Assembly (NCBI GenBank): GCA_030390025.1
Contig: JASTWF010000033.1
Coordinates: 4,466,001 to 4,530,000 of the forward strand
Length of the DNA stretch: 64,000 bases
Source of the DNA: Squalus acanthias
Taxonomy: Eukaryota
Direction of reading: 5' to 3'
A program made the position numbers and the translations under genes. The notes under the pieces are model-generated. The model had not been told where the DNA came from, did no database searches, and was given only the letters and a program-made list of their open reading frames with translations. Below are positions 51,001 to 62,998 of the stretch, piece by piece (positions within the stretch are counted from its first letter, which is position 1; every line of letters begins with the position of its first letter).

Positions 51001-54000
51001 TAGTGTCTATGCATCAGGTGCTGGCGATTCCGGGATTAGGGTCTATGCATCAGGTGCTGGCGAGTTCGGATTAGTGTCTTTGCATCAGGTGCTGGCGAGT
51101 CCGGTATTAGTGTCTATGCATCAGGTGCTGGCGAGTCCGGGATTAGTGTCTTTGCATCAGGTGCTGGCGAGTCCGGAATTAGTGTCTTTGCTTCAGTTGC
51201 TGGCGAGTCCGGGATTAGTGACTTTGCATCAGGTGCTGGCGAGACCGGGATTAGTGTCTTTGCATCAGGTGCTGGCGAGAGCGGGATTAGTGTCTTTGCT
51301 TCTGTTGCTGGCGAGTCCGGGATTAATGTCCTTGCCTCAGGTACAGTCGTGTCCGGGATTAGTGTCGTTGCCTCAGGTGCTAGCGAGACCGGGATTAGTG
51401 TATTTCCATCAGGTGCTGTCGAGTCCGGGATTAGTGTCTATGCATCAGGTGCTGGCGAGTCCGCGATTAGTCTCTTTGCATCATGTACAGGCCAGTCCGG
51501 GATAAATGTCTTTGCCTCAGTTGCTGGCGAGTCCGGGATTAGTGGCCTTGACTCAGTAGCTGGCGATTCCAGGATTACTGTGTTTGCATCACGTGCTGGT
51601 GAGTCCTGGATTGGAGTCTTTGCATCAGGTGCTGGCGAGTCCGGGATTAGTGTCTTTCCATCAGTTGCTGACATGGCCGGGATTATGGTCTTTGGATCAG
51701 GTGCTGGCGAGTCCGGGATTAGCGTCTTTGCATCAGGTGTTGGCGAGTCCGGGATTAGTGTCTTTCCATCAGGTGCAGTCGAGTCCGGGATTAGTGTCTA
51801 TGCATCAGGTGCTGGCGAGTCCGGGATTAATGTATTTGCATCAGGTGCTGGCGAGACCGGGATTAGTGTCTTTGTTTCAATTGCTGGCGAGTCCGGGATT
51901 AGTGTCTTTGCATCAGGTGCTGGCATGGCCGGGATTAGTGTATTTCCATCAGGTGCTGGCGAATCCTGGATCAGTGTCTTTGCATCAGGTGATGGCATGG
52001 CCGGGATTAGTGTATTTCCATCTGGTGCTGGCGAGTCCGGGATTAGTGTTTTTGCATCAGGTGCTGCCGAGTCCGGGGTTAGTGTCTTTGCATCAGGTGC
52101 TGGCGTGTCCGTGATTAGTTTTTTATGCATCAGGTGCAGGCGAGTCCGGGTTTAGTGTCTTTGCATCAGGTGCTGGTGAGTCCGGGATTAGTGTCTTTGC
52201 ATCAGGTGCTGTCGAGTCCGGGATTAGTGTCTTTGCATCAGGTGCTGGCATGGCCGGGATTAGTGTATTTCCCTCAGGTGCTGGCGAGTCCGGGATTAGT
52301 GTTTTTGCATCAGGTGCTGCCGAGTCCGGGGTTAGTGTCTATGCATCAGGTGCAGGCGAGTCCGGGGTTAGTGTCTGTGCATCAGGTGCTGGCGAGTCCG
52401 GGGTTAGTGTCTTTGCATCAGGTGCCGGCGTGTCCGGGATTAGTTTTTTATGCATCAGGTGCTGGCGAGTCCGGGTTTAGTGTCTTTGCATCAGGTGCTG
52501 GCGAGTCTGGGATTAGTGTCTTTGCATCAGGTACAGGCAAGTCCGGGATTAGTGTCTTGGCGTCAGGTGCTGGCGAGTCCGGGATTAGTGTCATTGCATC
52601 AGGTACAGGCGACTCCGGGATTAGTGTCTTGGCATCAGGTGCTGGCGAGTCCGGGATTAGTGTCATTGCATCAGGTACAGGCGAGTCCAGGATTAGTGTC
52701 TTGGCATTAAGTGCTGGCGAGTCCGGAATTAGTGTCTTTGCATCCGGTGCTGGCGAGTCCGGGATTAGTGTCTTCACATCAGGTGCTGGCGAGACCGGGA
52801 TTAGTGTATTGGCATCAGGTGCTGGCGAGTCCGGGATTAGTGTCTATGCATCAGATACATGCGAGTCCGGGATTACTGTCTTTCCATCAGGTGCTGTTGA
52901 ATTCGGGAATAGTGTCTATGCTTAAGTTGCTGGCGAGTCCGGGATTAGTGCGTTTGCCTCAGGGGCTGGCGAGTCCGGGATTAGTGTCTTTGCATCAGGT
53001 TCTGGCGAGTCCGGGATTCGTGTCTCTCCATCAGGTGCTCGCGAGACCGGGATTAGTGTATTGGCATTTGGTGCTGGCGAGTCCGGGATCACTGTCTTAC
53101 CATCAGGTGCTGGCGAGTCCGGGAGTAGTGTCTATGCTTAAGTTGCTGGCGAGTATCAGTGATTAGTGTCTTTGCATCAGGTGCTGGTGAGTCCGGGATT
53201 AGTGTCTTTGCATCAGGTGCTGGCGAGTCCGGGATTACTGTCTTTCCATCAGGTGCTGTTGAGTCCGGGATTAGTGTCTTTGCATCAGGTGCTGGCGAGT
53301 CCGGGATTAGTTTCTTTCTATCAGTTGCTGGCGAGACCGGGATTTGTGTCTATGCATCAGGAGCTGGCGTGTCCGGGATTAGTGTTTGTGCATCAGTTGC
53401 TGGCGAGACCAGGATTAGTGTCTTTTCATCAGGTGCTGGCGAGTCCGGGATTACTGTCTTTCCATCAGGTGCTGGCGAGTCCAGGATTACTGACCTTGCG
53501 TCAGGTGCTGGCGAGTCCGGGATTAGTGTTTTTGCATCAGGTGCTGGCGAGTCCGAGATTAGTGTCTATGCATCAGGTAATGGCGAGTCCGTCATTACTG
53601 ACCTTGAATCAGTTACAGGCGAGTCCGGGATTAGTGTCTATGCATCAGGTGCTGGCGAAATCGGGATTAGTGGCGTTGCATCAGGTGCTGGCGAGTCCGG
53701 GGTTAGTGTCTATGCATCAGGTTCTGGCGAGTCCGGGATTAATGTATTTGCATCAGGTGCTGGCGAGTCCGGGATTAGTGTCTTTGCATCAGCTGCTGGC
53801 ATGGCCGGGATTAGTGTATTTCCATCAGGTGCTGGCGAATCCTGGATTAGTGTCTTTGCATCAGGTGCTGGCATGGCCGGGATTAGTGTATTTCCATCTG
53901 GTGCTGGCGAGTCCGGGATTAGTGTTTTTGCATCAGGTGCTGCCGAGTCCGGGGTTAGTGTCTTTGCATCAGGTGCTGGCGTGTCCGGGATTAGTTTTTT

Positions 54001-55354
54001 ATGCATCAGGTGCAGGCGAGTCCGGGTTTAGTGTCTTTGCATCAGGTGCTGGTGAGTCCGGGATTAGTGTCTTTGCATCAGGTGCTGTCGAGTCCGGGGT
54101 TAGTGTCTTTGCATCAGGTGCTGGCATGGCCGGGATTAGTGTATTTCCCTCAGGTGCTGGCGAGTCCGGGATTAGTGTTTTTGCATCAGGTGCTGCCGAG
54201 TCCGGGGTTAGTGTCTATGCATCAGGTGCTGGCGAGTCCGGGGTTAGTGTCTTTGCATCAGGTGCCGGCGTGTCCGGGATTAGTTTTTTATGCATCAGGT
54301 GCTGGCGAGTCCGGGTTTAGTGTCTTTGCATCAGGTGCTGGCGAGTCTGGGATTAGTGTCTTTGCATCAGGTACAGGCAAGTCCGGGATTAGTGTCTTGG
54401 CATCAGGTGCTGGCGAGTCCGGGATTAGTGTCATTGCATCAGGTACAGGCGAGTCCGGGAATAGTGTCTTGGCAGCAGGTGCTGGCGATACCGGGATTAG
54501 TGTATTGGCATCAGGTGCTGGCGAGTCCGGGATTAGTGTCTATGCATCAGATACATGCGAGTCCGGGATTACTGTCTTTCCATCAGGTGCTGTTGAGTTC
54601 GGGAATAGTGTCTATGCTTAAGTTGCTGGCGAGTCCGGGATTAGTGCGTTTGCCTCAGGGGCTGGCGAGTGCGGGATTAGTGTCTTTGCATCAGGTGCTG
54701 GGGAGTCCGGGATTAGTGTCTTTGCATCAGGTTCTGGCGAGTCCGGGATTCGTGTCTCTCCATCAGGTGCTCGCGAGACCGGGATTAGTGTATTGGCATT
54801 TGGTGCTGGCGAGTCCGGGATCACTGTCTTTCCATCAGGTGCTGGCGAGTCCGGGAGTAGTGTCTATGCTTAAGTTGCTCGCGAGTATCAGTGATTAGTG
54901 TCTTTGCATCAGGTGCTGGTGAGTCCGGGATTAGTGTCTTTGCATCAGGTGCTGGCGAGTCCGGGATTACTGTCTTTCCATCAGGTGCTGTTGAGTCCGG
55001 GATTAGTGTCTTTGCATCAGGTGCTGGCGAGTCCGGGATTCGTTTCTTTCTATCAGTTGCTGGCGAGACCGGGATTTGTGTCTATGCATCAGGAGCTGGC
55101 GTGTCCGGGATTAGTGTTTGTGCATCAGTTGCTGGCGAGACCAGGATTAGTGTCTTTTCATCAGGTGCTGGCGAGTCCGGGATTACTGTCTTTCCATCAG
55201 GTGCTGGCGAGTCCGGGATTACTGACCTTGCGTCAGGTGCTGGCGAGTCCGGGATTAGTGTTTTTGCATCAGGTGCTGGCGAGTCCGGGATTAGTGTCTA
55301 TGCATCAGGTAATGGCGAGTCCGTCATTACTGACCTTGAATCAGTTACAGGCGA

Positions 55355-56718
55355 AATAACAACAGAAAACGCTGGAAAAACTCAGCAGGCCAGGCAGCAT
55401 CCGTGGAGAGAGAAAGAGAGTTGACGTTTCAGGTCGATGACCTTTCATCAGAACTGGGAAGAGCTGGAAATCAAATAGATTTAAGGCCAGGGTAAAGCTG
55501 GGAAAAGGGGGAGGGGATAAAGGAACAAAGGAGGAGATGAAGAGACATTAAGAGACATTAAGAGATATGCAAGGCTAGAGGTGGTGTTAATGTGACAGAT
55601 TAAGGCTGAATGAAGTGTGAAATCCACTGGCAGAATGAAGGACAGCTGCCAGCTTCATGGAGGAAAAAAAAGGTGGGGGGGACAAATAAAAGGGTGGATA
55701 AAATAAAATATAAATGTGATTGGAGCTGAGGTTATGATCTAAAATTGTTGAACTCGATATTGAGTCCAGAGGGCTGTAGCGTGCCTAAACGAAAGATGAG
55801 GTGCTGTTCCTCGAGCTTACGCTGAGCTTCCGTGGAACAGTGTAATAGGCCGAGGACGGTGAGGTCAGAGTGGGAGTGAAGCGGTGAATTAAAGTGACAG
55901 GCCACCGGGAGCTCGGGGTCCCCCTTACGGACTGAACGGAGGTGTTCCGCAAAGCGGTCACCCAATCTGCGTTTGGTCTCCCCAATGTAGAGGAGTCCAC
56001 ATCGTGAGCAGCGAATACAGTATACTAAATTGCAGGAAGTACAAGTAAATCGCTGTTTCACCTGGAAGGGGTGTTTGGGGCCCTGGACAGTGGGAAGAGG
56101 GGAGGTATAAGGGCATGTGTTGCATCTCCTGCGCGTGCACGGGAAGGTGCCGGGCGAAGGGGAAGGGGTGCTGGGGGTGGTAGAGGAGTGGACTAGGGTG
56201 TCGCGGAGGGAGCGGTCCCTGCGGAATGCTGAAAGGGGAGGTGAGGGGAAGATGTGTTTGGTGGTGGGATCACGCTGGAGGTGGCGGAAATGGCGGAGGA
56301 TGATCCGTTGAATGTGGAGGCTGGTGGGGTGAAAGGTGAGGACAAGGGGAACCCTATCGTGGTTCCGGGAGGGAGGGGCAGGGGTGAGGGCAGATGTGCG
56401 GGAGATAGAACGGACACGGTCGAGGGCCGTGTCGACCACGGTAGAGGGGAATCCTCGGTTGAGGAAAAAGGAAGACATGTCGGAAGCACTGGTATGGAAG
56501 GTGGCATCATCAGAGCAGATGCGGCGGAGACGGAGAAACTGGGAGAATGGAATAGAGTCCTTACAGGAGGCGGGGTGGGAGGAAGTGTAGTCCAGGTAGC
56601 TGTGGGAGTCGGTGGGCTTGTAGTGAATGTTAGTCAATAACCTATCCCCAGAGATGGAGATGGAGAAGTCGAGGAAGGGAAGGGAAGAGTCGGAGATGGA
56701 CCATGTGAAGGTGAGGCG
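55355..56718 (-). mobile_element. Young Penelope-like element inserted in the satellite
   Basis: Open ORF 55732-56637 almost identical to 30298-31161; 12-bp TSD AGTTACAGGCGA at 55343-55354 and 56719-56730. Confidence 0.93.
55419..55455 (-). ncRNA. Minimal type I hammerhead ribozyme motif with canonical GUC cleavage triplet
   Basis: Reverse complement reads AGTT-CTGATGA-A-AGGTC-ATC-GACCT-GAAA-C-GTC-AACT. Confidence 0.8.
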
Positions 56719-57210
56719 AGTTACAGGCGAGTCCGGGATTAGTGTCTATGCATCAGGTGCTGGCGAAATCGGGATTAGTGGCGTTGCATCAGGTGCTGGC
56801 GAGTCCGGGGTTAGTGTCTATGCATCAGGTTCTAGCGAGTCCTTGATGAGTGTATATGCATCAGGTGCTGACGAGTCCGGGATTGGTGTCCTTGCATCAG
56901 GTGCTGTCGAGTCCGGGATTAGTGTCTATGCATCAGGTGCTGGCGAGTCCGGGATTAGTGTCTATGCATCAGGTGCTGGCGAGTCCGGCATTAGTGTCTC
57001 TGCATGAGGAGCTGGCGAGTCCGGGATTAGTGTCAATGCATGAGGAGCTGGCGAGTCGGGGATTAGTGTCTTTGCATCAGGTGCTGGCGAGTCCGGGATT
57101 AATGTCTATGCATCAGGTGCTGGCGATTCCGGGATTAGTGTCCATGCATCAGGTGCTGGCGAGTCCGGGATTAGTGTCTATATTCAGGTGCTTGCGAGTC
57201 CGGGATTATT

Positions 57211-59830
57211 GAAATCTCAGAGGACCACGGGCCACTACTGGACGAGCTACTAATGCTGTTGGGGTAGGCAGGGCTTAAGGCAAACACTAAGAAAGCACAA
57301 ATAGAACAGGAGGAGGTGAAATTATTAGGATTGACGATTAGGGCAGGGGTAAGGGTTTAAGACGAGGCGAAGAGGAGGGCAGTACAGGAATTACCCGCTC
57401 CAAAGAGTGTAACTGGGGTGAGATCTTTTCTTGGTATGACAGGGTATTGCAGGGATTTTATTGAAGGCTATGCAGCTACGGCAGCCCCTTTGCTTAGGCT
57501 CCTTAGGAAAGGAGTCGGATGGGAATGGGATGAGTGTTGTAAGGAGGCATTTACTCGCCTAAAGGAAAATTTACAAACTGCACTCGCACGAGGAGCAATA
57601 AACGGAAACGAAGATTTTTAACTGTTGGTAGCAGCTACTTGGGATAGTTTGAGTGCAGTGTTGCTCCAAGAACGACATGACAAGTTGAGGCCAGTGGCTT
57701 ATGTCTCCCGAGTCCTGACAGATGTAGAGAGGGGTTACTCGAACTGTGAAATAACCTTTTGGCGATCTATTGGGCCGTCAAACGTTTCCAATTATTTACG
57801 GGGTCATTTTTAGTAACCTTAGTGACATGTCATAACCCGACATAGATGCTATTGGACGGGAGGATAAAAGATGGGACAGTGAGTAGCAGTCGTATTGCCG
57901 GCTGGACATTGCTACTCTCCCAGATGAACCTGAGGGTGGAAATATTGGCGGAAGCTAAGCTGGCCTTGAACATGATTTATCCAGGGACGAATCACGTGTG
58001 CACGGTCGAAGGGGTATGGGATGTAGACGTGGGATTCCGGGCCGGGCAACATCCTGCAGGGACAGATATATACGTGGATGGGTCCAGCTCGGTGAGAGGG
58101 GAGGTCAGGGTTTGGAATTTATGACCCAGGGGCTGGTATAGAGAAAGCCATCAAACTCCCCTGCACACTGAGCGCACAGCAGGCCGAGCTGGCGGCTGTA
58201 GCTTATGTGGTCACGCATCCCGAGGAACTCCCAAACACCTACACATTATGCTCAGACTCGATGTGTTTCCGTGCAATTCTTGCACTGAATATATGGCAAT
58301 ATGGGCTGAACGAGTAATCAAGTCCACTGACAGGAAACCATTAATATTCTCCGCAATGCTGAACACAGTCCTGGGCATTACGGGCAATTAAGTGGAGTAT
58401 TACATTCAAAAAGTAAAGGCGCACTCAAAAACCGAGCCTAAATGGAAAAGCCGACGAGTTGGCAAAAAAGGGGGCCTGGGAGGGAGTACTTTGTGAATCG
58501 TACATATCTGGACCGATCGCGGCCATAAGGGATATGGAGGGCCCACAGGAGGTGAAGTTGCCCCCAGACCTGACCCAGGTTCAAGCACAAGATAAGGTTT
58601 TAAAAACCGTGATTAAGAATAGGATACAAGCGGAACCAATTGATGGTCCTTTTGGAGCAGCAGATATAGTGCTCAAAGAGGGCATGCTGTTTAAAGGGGA
58701 AAGGTGGATCGTGCCCACACAGTACCGGGAGGAATTTATGCAGCTAGCTCGCGGGGGTCCGGGAGCTGGACATCCAGGGCCTAAACTACCTGGAAGAAAG
58801 TGGAGGAGGTGGGTTGGTGGCCTCATCTCAGGGAAGAGGTGAAGGAATATTGCAGTGAGTGCCTAGTGTGCGCTGCGAATAATCCAGACCCCCAACGTAG
58901 AAAGGCACCGTTGGGACACGTTAGCAGTTTTAGAGGGATCATGGCGTTCTACATAAATAGACTTCATTGGGCCCGTGCCCACCACAAAAGCTGGCAACAA
59001 TTATTGTCTGGTGTTGGTGGACGTTTTCTCTAAGTGGGTTGAGGCCTTCCCTTGTCGAACAGCCACAGCGTTAAACACGGCTAAGATCCTAGTAAGGGAT
59101 GTGTTCTCCCGATGGGGATTGCCCCAGGTAGTGGAATCAGATCAGGGGAGCCATTTCATAGGACAAGTCATGTACACCACCCTGAAACTTTTAGGGATAC
59201 GGGGAAAATGGCATGTGGCCCACAACCCCCAATCATCGGGAATAGTGGAAAGGATAAACCGGACCTTAAAGGTAAGGCTTAGGAAGGAGAAAGGGGGATA
59301 CACAAAGAAATGGGACGAGATCCTTCCTCTAGTTCTCATGAATATCACGGTCAGCCTCTCCAAAAGCACAGGACACTCTCCGTATGAACTGATTATCGTT
59401 TGGGCGATGAGGACCCCGACTCATGTGTTGGTACCGGTCCTGACCGAAGTTCAAATGAGGGAGGTCAACCGGGATACATTCGTAAAAGATCTGTATGAGA
59501 CCTTGAGGAAAGTACAATGGGAAGCTGCAAATAACATGGGAAGTCAGCACCAGAAGAATAGAATGCTGTTAGAGCCACATAAAGTACATGAGTGGAAGTT
59601 AGGGGACCAGGTCATGGTGAGAAATTATGCCCGGGTAGGGGCTTTCGAGCCACTGTACATGGGGCCGTACAGTATAGTGGACAAGGCAGGCCCTTTGGTT
59701 TACGCAGTGCAGCTCCAAAACGGAAAAAGTGGTTTCACATTAATCAATGTAAACGCTATGACCCCGGGAAGAGGGGAATAAAACGAACCAGAGCCCAGGG
59801 AACGATCATGAGTTTGACCAATGTAAGTTT
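57211..59830 (+). pseudogene. pol: Retrovirus-like pol: RT C-terminus, tether (gypsy-like RNase H), second RNase H, integrase; multiple stops and frameshifts
   Basis: VRSFLGMTGYCRDFI; RPVAYVSRVL..E..YS.CE; IYVDGSS, SAQQAELAA, SDS, KVKAHS, ADELAK; GHPG..C..C; IDFIGP, SDQGSHF, PQSSGIVERINRTLK; GPY. Confidence 0.9.
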
Positions 59831-60119
59831 TTCTCCCATGTTGTGAGATGATGACGAAAACCCAGAGAGCGGAGCGGTGAGAAGGAGTAGTCGAACACCC
59901 CGACCTAGGGTGCCTTGGACGCCTCCTCACACACCGACCCCGAGCTGCAAGAGGTCCCAACCGGACAGTAAGGAAAAAGGGACGTGGTGATTGCAGCAAT
60001 CACAGCATGTATAATATGTATATAAGCTAAGTTTGAACTGTGCAGGGAAGACCTCTCACAGAGCGTTGCTATTTTTCTTTTCCTTTATTTGCAGAGGCGA
60101 GTCGAACTTAGGGCGCAGG

Positions 60120-62700
60120 ATGGAATGCACTCTGTGGCTGGGCCTGTTGGTAATCCTGGTCAGATCAGGACAGATGGAGCGAGGCGACATCGAGATGTCA
60201 TTTACTTACGGGTGTATGGGAGGAGCCGGGCTCACCGTAACACAGGCAGGTAGAGCACGGGGCACTGACGGTAGAGCTACATACTTCCATGAAGGAGTAT
60301 GGCCAGGTTGGTCGGGGTCAAATTCCACTAAATATTCCAATTACACTGGTTAAAAATTCGGTGAAGCGTCAGTGCCCTGCCCCAAATTAAATATCCCCAC
60401 CAAAAAGGTACTGGTGAACGAGGGAAGGCAAGTGTGCCTAGAATGCTAGGGAAGTATCTCCGTGGGATGGTGGTAGTGGCTACGGAAAACAAACAAGGCA
60501 AAGGGTAATGAATCCACGGATTGGGAAAGATTGGGGAACGACTCCTACAGATCGATTGTGGGGACAAAGGGGGGTGTAAAATTATGTTGGGACAAGTGGT
60601 GGAAGGAGGAACAAGGGATTTATGTGTGTGTGGGAGGATCGAAACGTAAATGCCAGAAGGGCGTGTCCATCGCTTTTAAACGGCAATGGCAAGATTTCGG
60701 GTCTGGAATAGGCTGGACTCAGAGTTTCGATGCGTGTGTGGTCCCAGATCCTCCAAACGCTGTCAATGCTACCGAACTAGTAGCGCACGATAAGAAGCCC
60801 ATACCATCAGCCCCAAAGACACGGGATAAAGAGCTTAAGTGCCACATAATGACACCCGGACCTAGGAATGGGTTAGTACTGATTCCAACAGGGAAGGTGT
60901 TGTACCATGACGTGCATTACAAGGTAGCATCCGTTATCCTTAATTTGACAAAGGTACGGCTACGCCAGTGGTGCCCAACTGAAACGAAAAAATTTTACGA
61001 GAAAATATTAAAAGAAATGTTCCGGCAATTGGAAACATAGAAACATAGAAGATAGGAGCAGGAGTAGGCCATTCAGCCCATCGAGCCTGCTCCGCCATTC
61101 AATGAGATCATGGCTGATCATCCAAACTCAGTACCCTGTCCCTGCCTTCTCTCCATATCCCTTGATCCCTTTAGCTTTAAGAAATATATCTAACTCCTTC
61201 TTGAATATATTTAATGAATTGGCCTCTACTGCCTTCTGTGGTAGAGAATTCCATAGGTTCACCACTCTTCGGGTGAAGAAATTCCTCCTCATCTCAGTCC
61301 TAAATGGCTTACCCCTTATCCTTAGACTGTGACCCCTGGTTCTGGACTCCCCAGCCATCGGGAACGTCCTTCCTGCATCTAGTCTGTCTAGTCCTGTTAG
61401 AATTTTATAAGTTTCAATGAGATCCCCTCTCATTCTTCTAAACTCCAGTGAGTATAAGCCCAATCGACCCACTCTCTCCTCATACGCCATTCCTGCCATC
61501 CCGGGTATCAGCCTGGTGAATCTTCGCTGCACTCTCTCCATGGCAAGAACCTCATTCCTCAGATAAGGCGACCAAAACTGCACACAATACTCAAGATGTG
61601 GTTTCACCAAGGCCCTGTACAACTGCAGCAAGACATCTTTGTTCCTGCAGTCGAACCCTTTCGCTACGAAGGCCAAAATACCATTTGCCTTCTTAACCGC
61701 CTGCTGCACCTGCATACTTACCTTCAGCGACTGGTGCACAATGACACCCAGGTCTCGTTGCAGTTCCGCTTCTCCCAATCTATTGCCATTCAGATAATAA
61801 TCTGCCTTCCTGTTTTTGACACCAAAGTGGATAACCTCGCCCTTATCCACATTATATTGCATCTGCCATGCTTCTGCCCAATCACCCAACCTGTCCAAAT
61901 CATACTGGAGTTTCTCGGCATTCTCCTCACGGCACACACTCCCACCCAGCTTTGTGTTGTCAGCAAGAGATATTACATCCAATGCCATCGTCCAGATCAT
62001 TAATATATATTGTGAATAGCTGGGGTCCTAAGACCGATCCCTGCGGCACCCCACTAGTCACTGCCTGCCACTCGGAAAAAAAACATTTATTCCAACTCTT
62101 TGCTTTCTGTCTGCCAACCAGTTCTCGATCCAAGTCAATACCTTGCCCCCAAACCCATGTGCCTTAAATTTACACGCTAATCTCTTAAGCGGGACCTTAT
62201 CAAAAGCCTTCAGAATGTCCAAAAACACAACATCCACTGGTTCTCCCTTATCCATTTTCCCAGTTACATCCTCAAAAAATTCCAGTAGATTAGTCAAGCA
62301 CGATTTGCCTTTTGTAAATCCATGTTCACTTTGTCCGATTCTGTCACTGTTTTCCAAGTGCTCTGCTATTACATCTTTTATATTGGACTCTGGCATTTCC
62401 CCCACTACGGATGTCAGGCATACTGGTCTATAATTCACCGTTTTCTCTCTACCACCTTTTTTGAATAGTGGGGTAACACTACGAGTTGAACTATGGGGAA
62501 GAAAGTCGGAAGGATTTGTATAAACGAGCTGACAGCGGTCACACCGCTTTGGGGAGACGGAAGAGGAGATTGATCAGTGACGCTGCCAAGGTGTTTAATA
62601 CAGGGACGGCACTGGTCAATAGTATAGATGATACGCAGCTGCAAAGCCAGGTCAATACCTAAGGGATCAGATAAAGAGGGTACTGGGGGAGGAAAACAGA
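60120..62700 (+). pseudogene. env: env-like glycoprotein gene (60120-61030 and 62478-about 62700), split by a CR1 and 3'-truncated
   Basis: Splice acceptor TTTTTCTTTTCCTTTATTTGCAG at 60094; signal-peptide-like MECTLWLGLLVILVRSG; Cys/Trp-rich; N-X-T sites; RRKRR at 62555-62569 followed by LISDAAKVFNTGTALVNSID. Confidence 0.7.
61032..62477 (-). mobile_element. CR1-clade LINE inserted in env
   Basis: Minus-strand RT ORFs at 61128-62438; (CATAGAAA)n tail at 61032. Confidence 0.92.
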
Positions 62701-62998
62701 GAAACGTGAGAGAGATCAGGGAAATGATCACCTTGGTGGGACATTGAGTTTAATATTGAAATTCCTTCCTGGATCTGAATTGCCTCATATATATTGATAA
62801 TTGTGCAATTAATTATGGTGTTCTATCTGCTCAGGCTATCATCTAAAACGAAACGAAGGGTAAAAGGGGAAAAGCAGGAAAGACTGTAGAAAGGGGATTT
62901 GGGATTTTAGAATCAAATGTATAGACTGTGTAAAAAATCTGAGATTTGGCTGCGACCGACAATGCACCTTCCACGGCAGAAGAATGGACGGAAGTAAT

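Larger units (their letters stand above)
45273..57210. repeat. 36-bp satellite (GGCGAGTCCGGGATTAGTGTCTTTGCATCAGGTGCT), roughly 290 units with higher-order blocks
   Basis: Translates to (GESGISVFASGA)n or (LASPGLVSLHQV)n; identical variant blocks 864 bp apart (47984 and 48848). Confidence 0.97.

Noticed and set aside
45273..57210. 36-bp repeats as a CRISPR array or a fibroin/mucin-like gene
   Set aside because: Units are head-to-tail with no unique spacers and no cas genes; frames shift frequently through 1-4 bp deletions, so there is no coding constraint.
5964..62433. Many antisense ORFs (e.g. MTPKWITS..., ..QGPVQLQQDI.., MRTRGTLS..)
   Set aside because: They are shadow frames of CR1 and Penelope coding sequence that recur with each copy.
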